From NCBI GenBank assembly GCA_965602015.1, contig OZ271918.1, forward strand, positions 864,001-928,000: a stretch of DNA of 64,000 nucleotides, written 5' to 3'. This document shows, one piece after another, positions 57,974 to 64,000 of the stretch. The notes under the pieces are model-generated. The model did no database searches. It was not told the DNA's origin and worked only from the letters and a program-made list of their open reading frames with translations. Positions within the stretch are counted from its first letter, which is position 1; the number at the start of each line of letters is the position of its first letter. This stretch comes from Salinispira sp. GTDB taxonomy: Bacteria > Spirochaetota > Spirochaetia > DSM-27196 > Salinispiraceae. The position numbers and the translations under genes are program-made.

Positions 57974-58630
57974 CTATGTTGAACGCACGCGCAGCTTCCC
58001 GGCCACCGAAAAACTGATCGCCGTTTCGCCGTTGTCGCTTCGAATGGTTAAGGTTTCCGCCGAGGGGTTGTGCTCCATAATCTCGATGCGGGCCCCGGGA
58101 ACCAGGCCGGTCTGTGTCAGGTAATTCAGAAATCCCGGATCGTCATGGGCCACCTGAACGACTTCGTAAAATTTTCCATGCCCCGCTTCCGACAGGGGAA
58201 TGGTACTCGACTCCGCGAAGCTGCCGTCGGCGGCGGGTATGGGGTCGCCATGGGGATCGGTCGTCGGATGACCGAGCATTTCGTCGATCCGGTTGAGCAG
58301 CCGGGTGCTGATGGCGTGTTCAAGGATTTCCGCCTCCTCATGTACTTCAGACCAGTCGAGCCCGATAATTTCCACTAAAAACAGTTCGATGAGACGATGC
58401 CTTCGCACCACAGCCAGGGCCGCATCCTTGCCCTTCTCCGTTAGAAGCACTCCGACCCGGGGGCGATACTCCACAAGCCCGTCATCTGCCAGGCTTTTCA
58501 TCATGGTGGTGACCGTCCCCGGCGTGACCCCTAACGATTGAGCAAGGTCTCCAAGAGACACCAGATCATCCCCGGTCGATTCGGAAAACCCGTAAATCTT
58601 TTTCAAATAATTCTCGGTGGTGCTGCTCAT
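57974..58630 (-). CDS. troR: DtxR/MntR/TroR-family metal-dependent repressor with a FeoA-like tail
   Basis: 'ENYLKKIY', 'RRHRLIELFL', 'EAEILEH', 'DPHGDPIP'; divergent from troA. Confidence 0.9.
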   Translation of the reverse strand: MSSTTENYLKKIYGFSESTGDDLVSLGDLAQSLGVTPGTVTTMMKSLADDGLVEYRPRVGVLLTEKGKDAALAVVRRHRLIELFLVEIIGLDWSEVHEEAEILEHAISTRLLNRIDEMLGHPTTDPHGDPIPAADGSFAESSTIPLSEAGHGKFYEVVQVAHDDPGFLNYLTQTGLVPGARIEIMEHNPSAETLTIRSDNGETAISFSVAGKLRVRST

Positions 58631-58680
58631 GCTTCAATAGTATACGAGCGGTGGGAGATGGTCAAACTCCTGACTTTTTA

Positions 58681-58734
58681 TTGACATTATAGATTGTTTG
58701 AATTACATTGTGTAATACTTTGATCAATCAAAGT
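58681..58734 (+). promoter_or_regulatory. troA promoter with a palindromic operator
   Basis: TTGACA-N17-TACATT; ACTTTGAT-CA-ATCAAAGT at 58717-58734; ATTACA-N3-TGTAAT over the -10. Confidence 0.7.
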
Positions 58735-58748
58735 GTAAGGAGAAGAAT

Positions 58749-59828
58749 ATGAAAAAGCAATGCCTATTGGCTTTTCTGATAGTAATCATGGGCGCCGCAG
58801 CCTTTGCCGCAGGCGCCGGCGAGGCAAACCCTCGGGCGGATGGAAGCGCCGTCGAGCTTGAGAACGTCAATCGCGACGACGGCGTTCTGCGGGTTGTGGG
58901 CACCACCACCCAGGCATTCGATTTGCTCACCATTCTCACCACAGGCGCCCAGAACGTCGAAGTTACCGGACTCATGGGCGCCGGTGTCGATCCGCACCTC
59001 TACCAGCCCACCGAGGGCGATATCCGGGAAATGAATGAAGCGGACGCGGTGGTGTACAACGGACTTCATCTCGAGGGTCAGTACGACGCGGTCTTCGAAG
59101 CCCTGGGAGAGCAGGGGGTGACAATCTACGCTATGTCAAAGCCGGTGAAAGACGGCGGCTTTATTATCGGAGCCTTCGACGAGGGCGCGGCAGCCCTGGG
59201 AAGCGACGATCCCCATTTTTGGTTCGACCCGAGGAACTGGGCAATCACCGTCAGGGATACCGCGCGACTTCTCGCCGAGCTCGATCCGTCCCAGGCGACA
59301 GTCTTCCTGGACAACGCCGAGAGCTACGCCGATCAGCTTGACCTGTTGTACGACTGGGCCGACCGGGGAATGCGAAGCGTTCCGGGCAGTCAGCGCTACC
59401 TGGTGACATCCCACGACGCCTTCCAGTACTTCGGCGCGGCCTTCGGCTGGAGAATGGCGGCGATCCAGGGAATCAGCACCGAAGATGAGGCCGGCGTCGG
59501 TGATGTGCAGCAGACCGTTGATTTCGTGATTGAAAACAACATTCCGGTACTCTTCGTTGAATCGACAATACCCCCGGATACCATTCAGGCGGTCATTGAA
59601 GCCATCGAGGCCGACGGGGGCAGGGCGAGAATCGGCGTGCGCGAGCTGTACTCAGACGCCATGGGTTCTCCGGGCACTTTCGGCGGAACCTACGTGGGCA
59701 TGATTGCGGAGAATGTCTATACTGTTCTCCAGTCATACCGGGCAGCCGGCGCAGCCGCGGAAATCCCCGACTGGCCTGCAGGATTGCTTCCCGAGCCCCC
59801 GGCATCCATAGTAAATCCAGGAGAATAG
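58749..59828 (+). CDS. troA: Mn/Zn/Fe ABC substrate-binding protein
   Basis: 'GVDPHLY', 'DPHFW', 'SHDAF.YF', 'LYSDAMG' (His3Asp site). Confidence 0.9.
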   Translation: MKKQCLLAFLIVIMGAAAFAAGAGEANPRADGSAVELENVNRDDGVLRVVGTTTQAFDLLTILTTGAQNVEVTGLMGAGVDPHLYQPTEGDIREMNEADAVVYNGLHLEGQYDAVFEALGEQGVTIYAMSKPVKDGGFIIGAFDEGAAALGSDDPHFWFDPRNWAITVRDTARLLAELDPSQATVFLDNAESYADQLDLLYDWADRGMRSVPGSQRYLVTSHDAFQYFGAAFGWRMAAIQGISTEDEAGVGDVQQTVDFVIENNIPVLFVESTIPPDTIQAVIEAIEADGGRARIGVRELYSDAMGSPGTFGGTYVGMIAENVYTVLQSYRAAGAAAEIPDWPAGLLPEPPASIVNPGE

Positions 59829-59830
59829 CA

Positions 59831-60588
<758 letters not shown>

Positions 60589-60589
<1 letters not shown>

Positions 60590-61782
60590 TGCGCAAAGAA
60601 GCCCTGTCCGACCGGGAAACCTGGCTCTTTATCGCCGCGGTTTCCGCAGCGCTGCTGCTCCTCATTCCCCTGTTTATTCTCACAGGGGTCCGTTTCAGCT
60701 ATACCCTCCGGATGGTTTCCGCCGGCGGCCTGCTCCTGGGCGCACTAAGCGGCGTCATCGGAAGTTTCGCCGTGCTTCGAAAGCAGAGCCTCCTCGGCGA
60801 TGCCCTCAGCCACGCAGCCCTGCCGGGAGTGGGCATCGCCTTTCTTATTGCCGGCAGGCGGCTGGGCGTTCTGTTGACCGGGGCTGCGGTGTCGAGTCTT
60901 GCGGGGGTGTGGTTCATCTCCCTCATCACCCGGAATACCCGGATAAAGCAGGACGGGGCCATGGGAATAGTGCTTGCCGGCTGGTTCGCAATCGGCATCG
61001 GCATCCTGGCCTTTGTACAGCAGAGGCCCGACGCCAGTCAGGCAGGTCTGGACAGTTTTATTTTCGGCCAGGCCGCGGCAATCCGGGCCAGGGACGTCAG
61101 CCTCCTCGCGCTGGTCGGCGGCCTTATGCTCCTGACCCTCGTGATGAACTGGAAGGAATTCAAACTGGTCACCTTCGACCCCGAGTTCGCCCGGGCGAAC
61201 GGATACCGGGTCGGCCTGATAACCGCCGTCCTCCTTGCGCTTATCGTCGCGACGGTGGTACTGGGCCTCCAGCTTGCCGGTGTGGTGCTGATGGTCGGCC
61301 TGCTTATCGCCCCGGGCATAGCGGCGAGGCAGTGGACGAACCGGCTCGAGCAAATGGTCGTGCTGGCTGGGGTCATCGGCGCGGCTTCCGGCGGCCTCGG
61401 CGCGGTCATCAGCGCCCTGGATGCCGGGCTTCCCACCGGACCGATGATTATCATAACCGCATTTCTGTTCGTCCTGCTGTCCCTTTTGCTCGCTCCCGGG
61501 CGGGGCGTACTGTGGAATTTGCTGCGCCTGAAGAATGACCAACGGCGCTACGCGGCGGCAAATGTACGGAAAACCGCATACCGTTACGCAATGAGTCACG
61601 GGGACACGGCGAAGCCCGTAAGCGAAGACTTCCTTCGCGGCGTCCTGGGGCGCCCCGCAGTCGAGGGGATACGTCAGCTCGTAGAAAACGATGAGCTGAG
61701 GTATACCCCCGCCGGCTACGTGTTGACCGGCAGCGGCATAGAACTGGCGATGGCCGATGAACAGCTCAAGGGGGATAGCTGA
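60589..61782 (+). CDS. troC: Metal ABC permease with a C-terminal winged-helix-like tail
   Basis: 'LLGDALSHAALPG', 'FGQAA', 'TFDP', 'PTGP', tail 'YVLTGSGIELA'. Confidence 0.88.
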
Positions 61783-63275
61783 TGTACGCTCTCGAACAGG
61801 CGCTCGTCTGGCTTTTTACCCGATTCTTCGAACCAGAGGCCATCAATCTGTTTTTCCGAAATCCCCAGAACACCGCCATCCTCATCGGCAGCTTTATCGC
61901 CGTGGCGGGAGGGCTGTTGGGCACCTTTCTGCTTCTCAGAGGCCTGGCGTTGACTTCCGACGCCATCAGCCACACGGTTCTCCTGGGGATAGTCGTGGCG
62001 TTTATGATCATGCTCGGTCTTGGCGGGGAGGCCAATCTCTCCTCGCCCTGGCTCCTGATCGGCGCTGCAGCCGCCGGGGTTGGAACGGTAATCCTCACCG
62101 AGTTATTGAGCAAAACAAAGCTGGTGAAGATGGACGCCGCCCTGGGGCTGGTGTTTCCCTTGCTGTTTGCCGTGGCGGTGGTGTTCGTTTCCCGCTATGT
62201 GGATGACGTGCACATGGATGAGGACGCCGTAATGGTCGGGGAAATCGGCATTGCCTGGGCGAATACCAACAGCCATGCACTGGGAGACTACGAAACCATC
62301 GTCATTACCGAGGACGACCCCCGGGCGACCTTCACCCGGCAATGCACCAACTGCCGGGAGCTGGGCATCAGCCCCCGGGACCCCATGGCCGAGTTCGAGA
62401 TCGTGTACACCAATCTTGGCGAGTATACCCCGGCCCAGGCCTATCTGGCCGGATTAACGGATGTTGAACCGCTTCTGGTCTTCTGGCCCGAGTCGGTAAC
62501 CCTTACCTTCGCCATGATGGCCCTGACCCTGGTGTTCATTACGCTGTTTTACAAGGAAGTGAAGATTTCCACCTTCGATCCCGCACTGGCCAAATCCTTG
62601 GGCTTCCGGCCGACCCTTGTGCTCTATGCGCTCATGACCCTGGTGAGCCTGGTCTCCGTAGGAGCATTCGATGCGGTGGGTTCCATTCTGGTCATTGCGT
62701 TTTTTATCATCCCCGCGGCTTCTGCCTACCTGCTTACCGACAACCTGCCGGTAATGCTGACAATAAGCGCCGTTTTTGGTTCCCTCAGCGCCTGGCTTGG
62801 CTATGATTTCGCCCGGGGGCAAGTGCTCGGCATAGATTTTTCAACCTTGTTTCCCGGAGGCTGGGACACGTCGATTTCCGCCTCCATGGTTTTTATGATG
62901 CTGGTTCTATTCGTTGGGGCCTTCGTCGCCTCTCCGCGATACGGGGTGGTATCATCGATTATCCGCCGCTATGGTCAGCGCAGGCGCTTTGAAGAGCAGG
63001 TTCTTATGGGGCATGTGTTTCACCACACCGACACCCCCGAGGCAACGGTCGAACTTCCCCGAAAAACCCTCCCGGAACACATCCGCTGGAATCCCCAGCG
63101 CCTGGACAGGGTCTACCGCCGCCTCGAAACCCGGGCCCTGGTGCGCACCGGAGAGAACGGACTGGTACGCCTGACCGACAAGGGCCGCCAGCGCGTCAAA
63201 GACTTTTGGTCGAAGAATCTTGCCCGGGAGGCCGGAGCCGCCGCCGGAAGCGCAGAGGCGGGAACGGTGCTGTAG
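61782..63275 (+). CDS. troD: Metal ABC permease with a CxxC-containing insertion and a C-terminal winged-helix-like tail
   Basis: 'DAISHTVLLG', 'VHMDED...GEI', 'AFDAVG', tail 'VRLTDKGRQR'. Confidence 0.88.
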   Translation: MYALEQALVWLFTRFFEPEAINLFFRNPQNTAILIGSFIAVAGGLLGTFLLLRGLALTSDAISHTVLLGIVVAFMIMLGLGGEANLSSPWLLIGAAAAGVGTVILTELLSKTKLVKMDAALGLVFPLLFAVAVVFVSRYVDDVHMDEDAVMVGEIGIAWANTNSHALGDYETIVITEDDPRATFTRQCTNCRELGISPRDPMAEFEIVYTNLGEYTPAQAYLAGLTDVEPLLVFWPESVTLTFAMMALTLVFITLFYKEVKISTFDPALAKSLGFRPTLVLYALMTLVSLVSVGAFDAVGSILVIAFFIIPAASAYLLTDNLPVMLTISAVFGSLSAWLGYDFARGQVLGIDFSTLFPGGWDTSISASMVFMMLVLFVGAFVASPRYGVVSSIIRRYGQRRRFEEQVLMGHVFHHTDTPEATVELPRKTLPEHIRWNPQRLDRVYRRLETRALVRTGENGLVRLTDKGRQRVKDFWSKNLAREAGAAAGSAEAGTVL

Positions 63276-63420
63276 CAGGATTAAGATACTGCAAGCATAT
63301 ATTCTTAGTACATAGATAGTTAATAAAAATTAATCCCGATTGACCATCGTAAACAAATCATATACCCTCCTTATACGTCAGAAACAGTCAGAAATAGTAC
63401 AAAAAATAGAGGTACCCCAT

Positions 63421-64000
63421 ATGAATCAGTGGAGAGACTACAACCCCGGCGCCTGGCAGCATAAAATTGACATCCGGGATTTCATTCAGAAAAATTACAG
63501 CCCTTACGAAGGCGATGATTCCTTCCTTGAAGGTCCCAGCGAAGCGACCGAGAGCCTGTGGCAGACCGTGTCGGCCCTCATGAAAGAAGAAAATGCCAAA
63601 GGCGTCATCGATCTGGAAACCGAGGTTCCCTCGTCGATTACCTCCCACGGACCGGGCTACATCAATAAAGACCTGGAGAGCATCGTCGGTCTTCAGACCG
63701 ACAAGCCCCTGAAGCGGGGAATTATGCCCAAGGGCGGTCTTCGGGTGGTTGAATCCGCCCTCGATTCCTACGGATACCGCCTCTCGCCGGCAGTCAGCGA
63801 GATTTACGGCAAGTACCGCAAGACCCACAATGAAGGGGTCTTCAGCGCCTACACCGACGAAATGCTGAGGGCGAGAAAGTCTGGAATTCTCACCGGCCTG
63901 CCCGATGCCTACGGCCGGGGCCGGATTATCGGCGACTACCGCAGGGTGGCACTGTACGGGGTTACGCGCCTCATCGAGGACAAGCAGAAGACCCAGGAAG
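63421..64000 (+). CDS. pflB: Pyruvate formate-lyase (partial; runs off the right edge)
   Basis: Not in the ORF track. Manual translation: 'DFIQKNYSPYEGDDSFL', 'IVGLQTDKPLKR', 'YRKTHNEGVF', 'GLPDAYGRGRIIGDYRRVALYG'. Confidence 0.96.
   Translation, partial: MNQWRDYNPGAWQHKIDIRDFIQKNYSPYEGDDSFLEGPSEATESLWQTVSALMKEENAKGVIDLETEVPSSITSHGPGYINKDLESIVGLQTDKPLKRGIMPKGGLRVVESALDSYGYRLSPAVSEIYGKYRKTHNEGVFSAYTDEMLRARKSGILTGLPDAYGRGRIIGDYRRVALYGVTRLIEDKQKTQE

Noticed and set aside
63340..63353. Crp/Fnr-like TTGAC-N4-GTAAA upstream of pflB
   Set aside because: Imperfect, and equally explained as a -35 element in AT-rich DNA.
63388..63828. 146-aa - strand ORF
   Set aside because: Antisense to pflB.

Overview
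Gene-dense bacterial chromosome segment, probably from a free-living anaerobic spirochaete. That assignment is an inference from the TroABCD/TroR locus, the 'FAAGGAE'-type signal peptides, and the MCP and CHASE2/FecR genes. From left to right: (1) a partial CHASE2 receptor gene missed by the ORF track, divergent from a secreted protein / probable beta-barrel / FecR-domain operon; (2) accessory genes (VOC, YitT, OYE, MCP, DsbA-like, NOX-like ferric reductase module, HemG-like); (3) an nrdA-nrdB-nrdD-nrdG operon under a cobalamin riboswitch and probable NrdR boxes, where NrdB has Chlamydia-type class Ic (Mn/Fe) signatures and NrdD is a Cys-Cys type fused to a glutaredoxin-like domain; (4) a zinc-starvation locus (COG0523, Zur-like, a small RHH/Cys regulator, znuACB); (5) an MCP gene bracketed by a 38-bp direct repeat; (6) an ABC exporter and small genes; (7) a ~22 kb sulfoquinovose catabolic island resembling the sulfoacetate-forming sulfoglycolytic transketolase pathway; (8) troR and troABCD, with winged-helix tails on both permeases; (9) the start of pflB. 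The island in (7) is the best candidate for an undescribed system. It has no recognisable canonical SQ isomerase, carries extra enzymes (IolB/KduI-like cupin, NagB-like, amidohydrolase, Gfo/Idh/MocA), and shows a palindromic operator at three promoters. I saw no rRNA, tRNA, CRISPR array or intact transposase. All family assignments come from motif recognition by eye, not from database searches.
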